From NCBI GenBank assembly GCA_963762145.1, contig CAVXJS010000021.1:640001-704000 (forward strand): 64,000 bases of DNA. Reading direction: 5' to 3'. Below, in pieces: positions 55,590 through 64,000 of the stretch; positions within the stretch are counted from its first letter, which is position 1; every line of letters starts with the position of its first letter. Under the pieces are notes generated by a model. It saw nothing but the letters and a program-made list of their open reading frames with translations. It did not search any database and had not been told where the DNA came from. The position numbers and the translations under genes were made by a program. Source of the stretch: an uncultured Candidatus Rokubacteria bacterium. Its GTDB lineage: Bacteria > Methylomirabilota > Methylomirabilia > Rokubacteriales > CSP1-6.

Positions 55590-56353
55590 CGAGCCTAGAT
55601 CTCTTCCGGCTGGACGGGCAGACCGCGGTGGTGGTGGGCGGCGCGGGCGGACTGGGCGCGGCCATGGCCCGCGGCCTCGCCGAGGCCGGCGCCGCGGTCG
55701 CGGTGGCGGACTTCAAGGCGGGGCAGGCCAAGGTGGTGGCCGACGGGATCGTGAAGCACGGCGGCCGCGCGCTCGCGGTGGCGGTGGACGTGGCCGAGCG
55801 GGCGAGCGTGGAGCGCATGGCCGCAGAGACGGAGGCTCGGCTCGGCGCCATCGACGTGCTCGTCAACAGCGCGGGGATCACGCACCGGAGCTCGGCCGAC
55901 CAGTTCCCCGAGGCCGAGTGGCACCGCGTGATCGCGGTGAACCTGAGCGGGGTGTTCTGGGGCTGCCAGGTCGTGGGGCGGCGCATGCTCGCGCGCGGGC
56001 GCGGGTCCATCATCAACATCGCGTCCATCGCGGGCGAGATCGGCCTGACCGGCACCGTGGCCTACGCGGCCAGCAAGGGCGGGGTGGTGATGCTGACACG
56101 GGCCCTCGCCACGGAGTGGGCGCCGCAGCACGTGCGCGTCAACGCCATCGCGCCTTCGTGGTTCGAGTCCAACATCGGCGACCTGATCCACCGCGAGCCC
56201 AACTACGCCGAGCGCGCCATGCGCCGCGTCCCCATGGGCCGCATGGGCAAGCCCGACGAGCTGATCGGCGCCGCCCTCTACCTCGCCTCCGCCGCCTCCG
56301 CCATGGTCACCGGCCACGTGCTCGCCGTCGACGGCGGCACCCTGGCCTCGTAG
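55586..56353 (+). CDS. Short-chain dehydrogenase/reductase (gluconate 5-DH/KduD-like)
   Basis: GGAGGLG, VNSAG, YAASK, VRVNAIAP, VDGG; ATGA overlap with the VOC gene. Confidence 0.92.
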   Translation: MTSLDLFRLDGQTAVVVGGAGGLGAAMARGLAEAGAAVAVADFKAGQAKVVADGIVKHGGRALAVAVDVAERASVERMAAETEARLGAIDVLVNSAGITHRSSADQFPEAEWHRVIAVNLSGVFWGCQVVGRRMLARGRGSIINIASIAGEIGLTGTVAYAASKGGVVMLTRALATEWAPQHVRVNAIAPSWFESNIGDLIHREPNYAERAMRRVPMGRMGKPDELIGAALYLASAASAMVTGHVLAVDGGTLAS

Positions 56354-56453
56354 CCGGTTCCGGCCGCCCGATTCTACGCGGTAAGAGATTCGGGCGGCCG
56401 GAGACATCGGCGCGCAAGTCCCGGCCCGCGCGGGGGAATCGGTCAATCATTCC

Positions 56454-56470
56454 CTGGCACATCGCTTGCG
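56454..56470 (+). promoter_or_regulatory. Sigma54 (-24/-12) promoter
   Basis: CTGGCACATCGCTTGCG, near-consensus with GG-N10-GC spacing, about 45 nt upstream of the SRPBCC start. Confidence 0.78.
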
Positions 56471-56513
56471 TCTCTCTGGAATCACACGGGCAGACAAAAA
56501 GGAGAGACATGCC

Positions 56514-56976
56514 ATGGCGAACATCGAGAAGTCCATCGACGTGGAGGTGCCGGTTCGCACCGCGTACAACCAGTGGACCCAGTTCGAGGAGTTTCCGAGC
56601 TTCATGGAGGGCGTCGACCTCGGTCGCCCAGCTCGACGACCGGCAACTGCGCTGGCAGGCGAACGTCGGGGGCAAGGACAAGGAGTGGACCTCCGAGATC
56701 ACGGAGCAGCGGCCCGACGAGCGCGTGGCGTGGAAGAGCACGTCCGGCGCGAAGAACGCGGGCGTGGTCACGTTCCATCGCCTCGCCGATCGGAAGACCC
56801 GCGTGATGCTCCAGCTCGAGTACGACCCGGAAGGCATGGTCGAGAACGTGGGCGACGCGGTCGGTCTCGTGACCGGCCGGGTGAGCCGCGACCTCACGCG
56901 CTTCAAGGACTACATCGAATCACGCCAGCGCGAGACCGGCGCCTGGCGCGGCGAAGTCCCCGCCAAGGGCCTGTAG
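56514..56976 (+). CDS. SRPBCC/polyketide cyclase family protein; one frameshift at about 56620 as assembled
   Basis: EKSIDVEVPVRTAYNQWTQFEEFPSFMEGV, then in another frame EITEQRPDERVAW...DLTRFKDYIE..ETGAWRG. Confidence 0.9.
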
Positions 56977-56982
56977 AAGGGG

Positions 56983-57063
56983 GGTCTTACATTCCTACAT
57001 TTTCGCCAAGCGCGCCCTCTTCGCGGATCGCCAACAAAATGTAGGAATGTAAGACCTGACCCC
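56983..57063. repeat. MITE/REP-like element with 21-bp perfect inverted repeats
   Basis: ggtcttacattcctacatttt (56983-57003) and aaaatgtaggaatgtaagacc (57036-57056), followed by tgacccc; 32-nt spacer; between convergent genes. Confidence 0.87.
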
Positions 57064-57068
57064 AGAGA

Positions 57069-57838
57069 CTAAGCGCCCAGCGCTTCGTGCACCGCGAGCG
57101 TGAGCGCGCCGAAGTCGGCGCCCGCGCGCGAGGTGACCGTGCGCGGGCGCGGCAGCGGCACGTCGAACACGCGCGCCAGCCGCCCCGGGCGCGGCGTCAT
57201 CACCACCACGCGGTCGGCGAGGAAGACCGCCTCCGGGATCGAGTGCGTGACGAACACGATGGTCTTGCGCTCGCGGCTGCCCCTCGCCCCAGACGCGCAG
57301 CAGCTCGAGGTTCATCTCGTCGCGGGTCATCGCGTCGAGCGCGCCGAAGGGCTCGTCCATCAGCAGGAGCGGCGGATCGAGCAGCAGCGCGCGGCAGAGC
57401 GAGGCGCGCTGCTGCATGCCGCCCGACAGCTCGCGCGGCAGCTTGCCCGCGAACTCGGCGAGGCCGACCAGCCGCAGCAGCTCCGCCGCCCGGCTCCGGT
57501 AGGCGGCGGGTCGAGCCCCGACGAGCTCGGCGGGCAGCAGCACGTTGTCGATCGATGGTGCGCCACTTGAGCAGCACCGGCGCCTGGAACACCATGCCGA
57601 CCTCGGCAGCGGCCCCGTGACCGGGCGCCCGTCCACCTCGACCCGGCCGCGGTCGGCGGCCGCAGCCCCGCGATGATGCGCAGCAGCGTGGACTTGCCGC
57701 AGCCGCGACGGCCCGACGAGGGCCACCAGCTCGCCGCGCCCCACCCCGAAGGTCGATGTCCCGCAGCGCCTCGACCGTGCCGGATGCCGTCGTGTAGGTC
57801 ATCCCCACACGGTCGAGGCGGATCGAGCATCGCGTCAC
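57069..57838 (-). pseudogene. NitT/TauT-family ABC ATP-binding protein; several frameshifts as assembled
   Basis: [45 protein letters not shown] and FVTHSIPEA in shifting frames. Confidence 0.85.
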
Positions 57839-58883
57839 GCCGCGACGATCGCGGGCGGACCAGCTTCGGCAGCTCCATCTTGGTCAGGAACTCGTTGGTG
57901 TAGACCGCCTTGCACTCCACCTTGGTCGGCACGCCCATGTACGTGTTGACCAGGTCCACCGACTCGCACATCTTCTTCTCCTCCATCCAGCCGATGCCGT
58001 TCTTCGCGTAGCGGTCGGTCTTCATCAGGTCGAGCCCCATCATCATGTTGGGCTCGATGATCGAGAGGTCGATCTCGGGCACCCGCTTCTTGAAGATCTC
58101 GAGCGCGGACTTCGGGTCGCTCCATCACGTCGCGCCAGCCCATGTACGACGCCTCGAGGAACGCCCGCAGCACCTTCGGCCGGCTCCTTCATCGTCTTCT
58201 CGCTCGCGATGATCGACATGCTGTACATGTCGAAGCCGTGGTCGGCCCACGGCATCATGACCGCGTTGCCCTTCCCATGGCCTTCTCGTAGAACGGCAGG
58301 CCGGTGGTGTAGTCGGCCACCGCGTCCACGCGCTTCTCGGCCAGCGCGGGCGACCTTGGCCGCGGGCTCGATGTTGACCCACGTCACCTTGGTCTGGTCG
58401 ATCCCGTGGAGCTGGCGAAGGCGGGGAACATCTGCCGCTGGCCGTCGCCCGGCGGCGCGCCACGTCTTGCCCTCGAGGTCCTTGGGCTTGGTGATCGGCG
58501 CGTCCTTGCGGCTCCAGATGTTCAGCGGGCTCTTGTCGAAGACCATGCCGACCACCTTCACCTTCGCCCCGCGGGCCGACGAGCGCGATGACCACCGCGC
58601 TGTCGGCGAGGCCGACGTCGGCGCGCCCGGTGTCCACCTTGGCGATCGAGTCGCCCGAGCCCTTGGAGTTCTGCATTCCACGTCGAGGCCGCGCTGCCTG
58701 TAGTAGCCCTTCTCCAGCGCCACCCAGTAGGCCGCGTGGTCGCCCACCGGCGAACCAGTTGAGCGCGAAGACCACCTTCTGCGGCGGCTGCTGGGCCGAT
58801 GGGGTGTCGGGCGCGAGCGCCATCCCGAGCCCGACGATGGCGAGCGCGAGAGCGAGCGTGACGAGAATCGAGTGACGTCGCAT
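57835..58883 (-). pseudogene. NMT1/THI5-like ABC substrate-binding protein; several frameshifts as assembled
   Basis: Signal peptide; ALNWF..GDHAAYWVALEKGYY, GSGDSIAKV, ITKPKDLEGK and YTNEFL in shifting frames. Confidence 0.82.
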
Positions 58884-58896
58884 GGAATGTCCTCCT

Positions 58897-59664
58897 TTAC
58901 TCCACGGTTTCGGCCCACGGGGCGATCAGCCGCGCGGCCAGCACCACCAGGCCGTACACCGCGAGGCCGACCAGCGAGATCCAGACCAGCGCCGCGAAGG
59001 CCACCGGCGTGTTCATGCTCCCCTGGGTGGTGACGATCACGTAGCCGAGCCCCTGCTGCGAGGCGACGAACTCCCCGACGATGGCGCCCACCACCGCCGC
59101 CGTCGCGGTGATCTTGAGCGCGCTCAGGATGTACGGATAGGCGTTCGGGATGCGGATCTTGGCGAAGACCTTCCACTTCGGCGCGTTGAACACGCGCCCC
59201 AGGTCCAGCAACTCGTCGTCCACCTGGGTCAGGCCCACCGCGGTGTTGATGACGACGGGAAAGAACCCGATGAGCGCCCCGATCAGCATGTTGGGCAGCA
59301 CGCCGTAGCCCATCCAGAGCAGGAAGAGGGGCGCCACCGCCACCTTCGGAAGCGTGTTGACGAAGACCAGGAAGGGCAGCAGGGCCCGCGCGAGCAGCGG
59401 CGACCACGCGACCACCACTCCGAGCGCCACTCCCGCCGCGCCGGCCAGCGCGAAGGCCCCCACGATCTCGAGCGATGTGATGCCGAGATGCCGCAGCCAC
59501 GGGATCTCGTCGCCCACCATCGCCCGCGCCACCGTCAGCGGCGCGGGCAGCAGGTACTCGCGCACCTGGAGCACGGTCACCGCGAGCTGCCAGGCCACGA
59601 GGAGCGCGACGAAGAGCGCGGCGGCGGGGAGATATCGGGCGAGCGCGCGTCCGGTGCCGGTCAT
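58897..59664 (-). CDS. NitT/TauT-family ABC permease
   Basis: LLPAP, PKVAVAPLF, FFPVVINT, GAIVGEF, GLGY. Confidence 0.92.
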   Translation of the reverse strand: MTGTGRALARYLPAAALFVALLVAWQLAVTVLQVREYLLPAPLTVARAMVGDEIPWLRHLGITSLEIVGAFALAGAAGVALGVVVAWSPLLARALLPFLVFVNTLPKVAVAPLFLLWMGYGVLPNMLIGALIGFFPVVINTAVGLTQVDDELLDLGRVFNAPKWKVFAKIRIPNAYPYILSALKITATAAVVGAIVGEFVASQQGLGYVIVTTQGSMNTPVAFAALVWISLVGLAVYGLVVLAARLIAPWAETVE

Positions 59665-59738
59665 CGGAGAGCACGGCCATAGTACTCGACGCGCCCGGGG
59701 TGCGGGAGGGCAATGTGCTAGGCTCTAGCTTCGCTGCC

Positions 59739-61013
59739 GTGCACACCCTCACCTTCCTCGAGCCCGGTCACTTCCACGCGACGCTCACCCTCAAGGCGCC
59801 GCACGCCGCCGTCTCGCCGGAGATCTTCGTCTACGCGACCGCGGGCCCCGAGCTGGACGATTTCCTGGCGCTGGTCGAGCGCTTCAACACCCGCGCGGAG
59901 CGCCCCACCGCCTGGCGGCCCCGCGTGCGGCTCTCCGCCGATCCCCTCGCCCAGCTCATCGTCGAGCGGCCGGGCGACGTGGTGGTGCTGGCCGGGAAGA
60001 ACGGCGGCAAGGCCCGGGTGATGCGCCGCCTCCACGCCTCCGGCCTCCACGTGCTGGCCGACAAGCCGTGGCTGGTGACGGCGGCGGATCTCCCCGAGAT
60101 CCAGGCGAGCCTGGCCGGCGGCCCGATCGCCCGCGAGATGATGACCGGCCGGCGCGACACGATCGGCCGCCTCGTGAAGCGGCTGGTGGACGACGAGGCG
60201 GTGTTCGGCGGCTTCGCCACCGACGCGGCACGGCCCGGCATCGAGCAGGAGAGCGTCCACCACTTCGAGAAGCGCGTGGACGGCGCGCCGCTCCGCCGCC
60301 CGTGGTGGTTCTTCGACGCGCGCGTCCAGGGCAGCGGGGCGGTGGACATTCCCACCCACCAGGTCGACCAGGCCCAATGGCTGCTCGACGCCGACGCCGC
60401 GCCCGGCGACGCGCCGGCCCTGCTCACCGCGCGCGGCTGGTCCACGCGGGTGCCGGTGGACGTCTTCACCCGCATCACCGGCGCGGGTGAGGTGCCGGCC
60501 GAGCTGCGCGGCGCGGTCGACGGCGACGCGCTCCGCGTCTTCTGCAACGCGGAGATGGCCTACCGGCTCCGCGGCGTGACCGTGCGCGCGGCCACCCGCT
60601 GGGAGGTGTCCGCTCCGCCCGGCGGCGGCGACACCTCGCGCCTCGTCCTGCGCGGCCGGGCCGCGACGATCCAGGTCGAGGTGAGCGAGGAGACGGGCTT
60701 CCGGCGCCGCGTGGTCGTCGAGGCCCGGGGCGACGCCACCGAGACCGCGCGCCATCTCGCCCGGATCCTGGCCGGCGGGGAGTGGCCGGGAGCGCGGGCC
60801 CGCGCGGTGGACGCCGCGCGCTACGAGCTCGACGTGCCCCCGGCGCTCGACGTGGGCCACGAGGCTCATTTCGCCGAGCTCCTCGGCGAGCTGCTGGGCT
60901 GGATCGACACGGGCCACCGGCCCGCCGCGCTCGCCACGCGCACGCTGGCCAAGTACTCGCTCCTGGCCGAGGCCGCCGCGTCCACCGCGCGCGACGAGGC
61001 CGCCGCGCGCTGA
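59739..61013 (+). CDS. Gfo/Idh/MocA-related oxidoreductase with 'putative oxidoreductase C-terminal' domain
   Basis: LEPGHFHA, HVLADKPW, ESVHHFEK.V.G.PLRRP.WFFD..VQG, GHEAHF. Confidence 0.8.
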   Translation: MHTLTFLEPGHFHATLTLKAPHAAVSPEIFVYATAGPELDDFLALVERFNTRAERPTAWRPRVRLSADPLAQLIVERPGDVVVLAGKNGGKARVMRRLHASGLHVLADKPWLVTAADLPEIQASLAGGPIAREMMTGRRDTIGRLVKRLVDDEAVFGGFATDAARPGIEQESVHHFEKRVDGAPLRRPWWFFDARVQGSGAVDIPTHQVDQAQWLLDADAAPGDAPALLTARGWSTRVPVDVFTRITGAGEVPAELRGAVDGDALRVFCNAEMAYRLRGVTVRAATRWEVSAPPGGGDTSRLVLRGRAATIQVEVSEETGFRRRVVVEARGDATETARHLARILAGGEWPGARARAVDAARYELDVPPALDVGHEAHFAELLGELLGWIDTGHRPAALATRTLAKYSLLAEAAASTARDEAAAR

Positions 61014-61017
61014 CCCC

Positions 61018-62487
61018 CTACGCGCCCGCCTCGAGGGAGTCGAAGCTCCAGCGCTCGAGCGGGATCATCGTGTCCAGATCCGGCTCGAAGCCCACCCCGT
61101 AGCCGGGCGTGGCGAGCGAGCCCACCCGGAGCCGTCCGTCCTCGATGCGGAGCCAGGCCTCCCGCTCGTCGCCGGTGTAGAGATCGGGGTGATGGCGGAG
61201 CGCGGCGGCCCGCTCGCCCGACGAGCAGTGCGCGAGGCCGCGCACGTAGTGGTGGCCGTTGCGCTCGACGTGCGTGATGCCGAGCGCCCGCACGGTGGCC
61301 AGGTCCTGCTGCACCGGCACGACCGGCACGTTGGTGAGATCCTCGGCGCTCATGAACAGGCGCGCGGGCCCGGGCTGCCCCGCGTTCCGCCGCTCGACCA
61401 GCGAGCGGTTCAGGAAGGATTTGATGATGCCCTTGCAGTTCTTGGTGGACACCCCGCGGTAGCCGAGAGCGAGGGCCCGGGGAAAGGCCTCGAGATCGCC
61501 GTCGCTCTCGTCGATGATGATGGGCACCCGGCGGCCGAGCGCGGCGAGCCCCTCGGTCGCTGCGGCGTCGAGCGCGATCCCGCGATCGAGCGGCTGCTCG
61601 ATGAAGGCGGTCGAGCGCCACAGGCGGGCGAGCGCCCGCGTCCGCTCGATGGCCTCCACGAGCGCGGCGAAGTCGGCCATCGTCTTGTACTGCTCGTTGC
61701 CGTCGAGCGTCGCCAGGTAGGCGTCGGGGATCAGCCGGTCGAGCGTCGCCGCGATGCGGGCGAGGCGGTCCACGTCGTCTCCGAGCTGGCCGCCGACTTT
61801 CAACTTGAAGTGGCGGAGATCGTGGGCCCGCACGCACTCCTCGAGCGTCTGCGGCAGGCCGTCGCGCAGCCACCCGTCGGCCGGCACGTCGGCCGCGACG
61901 ATGGGATCGAGCAGGCCCACGGTGTGCCGGACCGCGACGGTGTCCGGCGCGGGGCCGCGGGCCCACGCCAGCAGATCCTCGCGGGTCAGCTCGCGATGCA
62001 CCGCCTCGGGCCGGATCCCCAGCACGTCGTCGCGCAGCATCCCGACCACGTCGCGCCCCGTGAGACGCCCGGCCGCGTCGGCCAGGGCGCGCTCGAACAG
62101 GGAGGAGCCGAAGGCCGCGGTGAGACCGTTGAGCCCGAGGGAGGGGCCGCCGCGCGCACAGGCCGCGTACGCCTCCTGCCAGACCTCGAAGATCGGGCGC
62201 GGCCGGCGGCCCGCGTCGAGATACGCCGCCCGCGCGGCGCGGATGGACGCGAGCTGGTCGGTGACGTTGTCGCGGAAGGTCTTGGCCGGATCCTTGTCGA
62301 ACCACTTCGGCGGCAGGTTGTCGGCCGCGAACCCGCGGACGCGGCGGCCGTCGGCCGCCTCCACGTCCACCGCCAGGTGCAGCAGCGGGAAATGGGTGAG
62401 CGTGACCACCCCGTAGCGGAACGGCAGACGCGTGCGCAGGTTGCGCAGGTGGCAGGAGGCGGCGGTGACCGCGAGCGCCAGGCTCAC
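61018..62487 (-). CDS. Uncharacterised enolase-superfamily protein
   Basis: RLPFRYG, PKWFDK, FKLK, TLDGNEQ, FIEQP, IIDESD, KNCKG, SAEDL, ERNGHHY. Confidence 0.8.
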   Translation of the reverse strand: MSLALAVTAASCHLRNLRTRLPFRYGVVTLTHFPLLHLAVDVEAADGRRVRGFAADNLPPKWFDKDPAKTFRDNVTDQLASIRAARAAYLDAGRRPRPIFEVWQEAYAACARGGPSLGLNGLTAAFGSSLFERALADAAGRLTGRDVVGMLRDDVLGIRPEAVHRELTREDLLAWARGPAPDTVAVRHTVGLLDPIVAADVPADGWLRDGLPQTLEECVRAHDLRHFKLKVGGQLGDDVDRLARIAATLDRLIPDAYLATLDGNEQYKTMADFAALVEAIERTRALARLWRSTAFIEQPLDRGIALDAAATEGLAALGRRVPIIIDESDGDLEAFPRALALGYRGVSTKNCKGIIKSFLNRSLVERRNAGQPGPARLFMSAEDLTNVPVVPVQQDLATVRALGITHVERNGHHYVRGLAHCSSGERAAALRHHPDLYTGDEREAWLRIEDGRLRVGSLATPGYGVGFEPDLDTMIPLERWSFDSLEAGA

Positions 62488-64000
62488 GGCCGGGCGTCGA
62501 GTGTCACCGAGGTCGCGTGATCCAGGCCCTCGCGGAGATAGACGAGGTTCACCGTCTCGCCGGGCCGGCGGCGATCGAGCTGCGCGCGCAGGTCCGCGAA
62601 GCCGTGGAGCCCCGTATCGGCCAGGCGAACCAGCACGTCGCCCGCGCGCAGCCCGGCCTTCTCCGCCGCGCTGCCGGGAATGACCGAGCCGAGCCGCACG
62701 CCGTCCCAGCCGGCGCGCCCGTCCGCCGCGATGCCGAGGAACGCGCCGGCCGCGCGCTCGGCCGGCGCGGCGCGCGCCGAGCGGCGCGGGGACGCGGGGC
62801 CCTGCGCGAAGACCGGACGCGGCCCCTCCGCGATGCGCGCGGCGATGCGCGCGCCCAGATCGGCGATGCGCGTCATGCCGGCGACGTCGATCCGGTCCGC
62901 GGTGTCCGAGGGCTGGTGGTAGTCCGGGTGCTGGCCGCTGTGGAAGAAGAGCACCGGCACGCCCGCGGCGTGGAACCGCGAGTGATCGGACGCCCCGCCG
63001 CCGCCGCCGCGCACCTCGAGATCGAGCCCGGCGTCGCGGCCCGCCGCCTCCACGAGCGGGCGAAAGCCCGCGCCGGTGTCCACGCCCCCGACGAGCAGGG
63101 AGCGTCCGGCCAGGCGGCCGACCATGTCGAAGTTGAGCATGGCGGCCATGCGCTCGACCGGGACCGCGGAGGGCTGGCCCACGTGGTGCGCCGAACCCAG
63201 CAGCCCGAGCTCCTCGCCCGCGAAGAGGATGAACACCAGGGTCCGGGGCGGGCGCGCCGCCGCGAACGAGCGCGCCAGGCCCAGGACCAGCGCGGTGCCC
63301 GACGCGTTGTCGTCGGCGCCGTGGTACACCGACGCGCCCTCCCGCCCGAGATGATCGTAGTGCGCGCCAATGACCACCGCCTCCCGCGCGAGCGCGGGAT
63401 CCGCCCCGGGCAGGACGCCGATCACGTTCGCGGCGCGGAGCTGCGTGCGCGCCAGCTCCACCTCGAGCTCCACGCGCGCGCCGGTGTCCCCGCGGGTCAG
63501 CCCGACGAGCGTCTTGCCGGTGCCGGCCAGCAGCGTGTCGAGGCCCGCGCGGGTCACGCTGCCCGAGAGCAGGGCCACCGGCGCCGCCGTCGCGGTCACC
63601 GCGGGCAGCGGGTCCTCGACGATGAGGAGGCCCAGTGCCCCCGCGCGGCGCGCCGCGATCAGCTGCTCGAGCCGGGACGGCCGCCCGACCGACCCCGGCG
63701 CTCCGGCCACCGCGAGCGCGATGCGGCCCCGCACGTCCACGCCCGTGTAGTCGTCGGGACCGACGAAGACCAGGTCACCCGAGACGCGGCCGGTGCTTGA
63801 GCCACCGTGCGGCGTCCACGCCTGCCCGAGGGCCAGCGGCGTCGCGGCAGGACCGGCCGCCACGAGCCGGCTGCCGGCGCCGGCCCGCGGCTCCTCGCCC
63901 ACCGCGAACTCCTGGAAGAACGTGCCCGCGTCCCCGCCGGGCTGCAGGCCGAGCCGCGCCAGCTCGGCCGCGATGTAGCGGGCGGCGCGGTCCCCGCCGG
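62484..64000 (-). CDS. M28 metallopeptidase with PA and C-terminal PDZ domains, 5'-truncated by the window edge
   Basis: IGAHYDHLG, GADDNASG, FAGEELGLLGS, NFDMVG, SDH, YHQPSD; PDZ segment PGSAAEKAGLRAGD. Confidence 0.93.
   Translation of the reverse strand, partial: GGDRAARYIAAELARLGLQPGGDAGTFFQEFAVGEEPRAGAGSRLVAAGPAATPLALGQAWTPHGGSSTGRVSGDLVFVGPDDYTGVDVRGRIALAVAGAPGSVGRPSRLEQLIAARRAGALGLLIVEDPLPAVTATAAPVALLSGSVTRAGLDTLLAGTGKTLVGLTRGDTGARVELEVELARTQLRAANVIGVLPGADPALAREAVVIGAHYDHLGREGASVYHGADDNASGTALVLGLARSFAAARPPRTLVFILFAGEELGLLGSAHHVGQPSAVPVERMAAMLNFDMVGRLAGRSLLVGGVDTGAGFRPLVEAAGRDAGLDLEVRGGGGGASDHSRFHAAGVPVLFFHSGQHPDYHQPSDTADRIDVAGMTRIADLGARIAARIAEGPRPVFAQGPASPRRSARAAPAERAAGAFLGIAADGRAGWDGVRLGSVIPGSAAEKAGLRAGDVLVRLADTGLHGFADLRAQLDRRRPGETVNLVYLREGLDHATSVTLDARP

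Noticed and set aside
1-64000. tRNA, rRNA, prophage, integron or IS elements
   Set aside because: No cloverleaf or rRNA-like stretch and no integrase, transposase or phage structural gene recognised by eye; a covariance-model scan (tRNAscan-SE, Rfam) was not run.

Overview
A very GC-rich (roughly 70-75% by eye), gene-dense bacterial chromosomal segment with about 75 protein-coding genes. Gene content and style suggest Candidatus Rokubacteria / Methylomirabilota, but that is inference and was not tested. I found no rRNA, tRNA, CRISPR array, transposase, integrase or phage gene. Content is mostly housekeeping and catabolic: ATP-dependent DNA ligase, ggt, PduO-type adenosyltransferase, MoxR-DUF58-transglutaminase, dps, dapA, tenA, UbiD plus acyl-CoA ligase, murB, a chromate transporter pair, two ABC systems, and several LLM/SDR/enolase-family enzymes. 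The most notable observations are five. (1) A translationally coupled five-gene operon (Cys-rich radical SAM, Cys-motif metallophosphoesterase, VTT membrane protein, DUF3047, TIGR04283-like GT2) resembles a divergent arsenosugar-type / rSAM-selenodomain system with no local ArsM; it is the best candidate for an uncharacterised pathway. (2) A REP-like palindrome family occurs at 8 loci; two pairs of neighbouring copies share the same loop sequence and face each other as inverted repeats around gene blocks, and one copy sits inside the DNA ligase gene at a frameshift. (3) About 11 genes have a -10 hexamer 5-9 nt before the start codon and no Shine-Dalgarno, pointing to widespread leaderless translation. 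(4) Sigma54 promoters precede small stress-type genes. (5) Several normally cytoplasmic or pilin-like domains carry export signals. Two zones (about 48.2-49.9 kb and 56.6-58.8 kb) are dense with single-base frameshifts that look like unpolished long-read errors rather than real pseudogenes.
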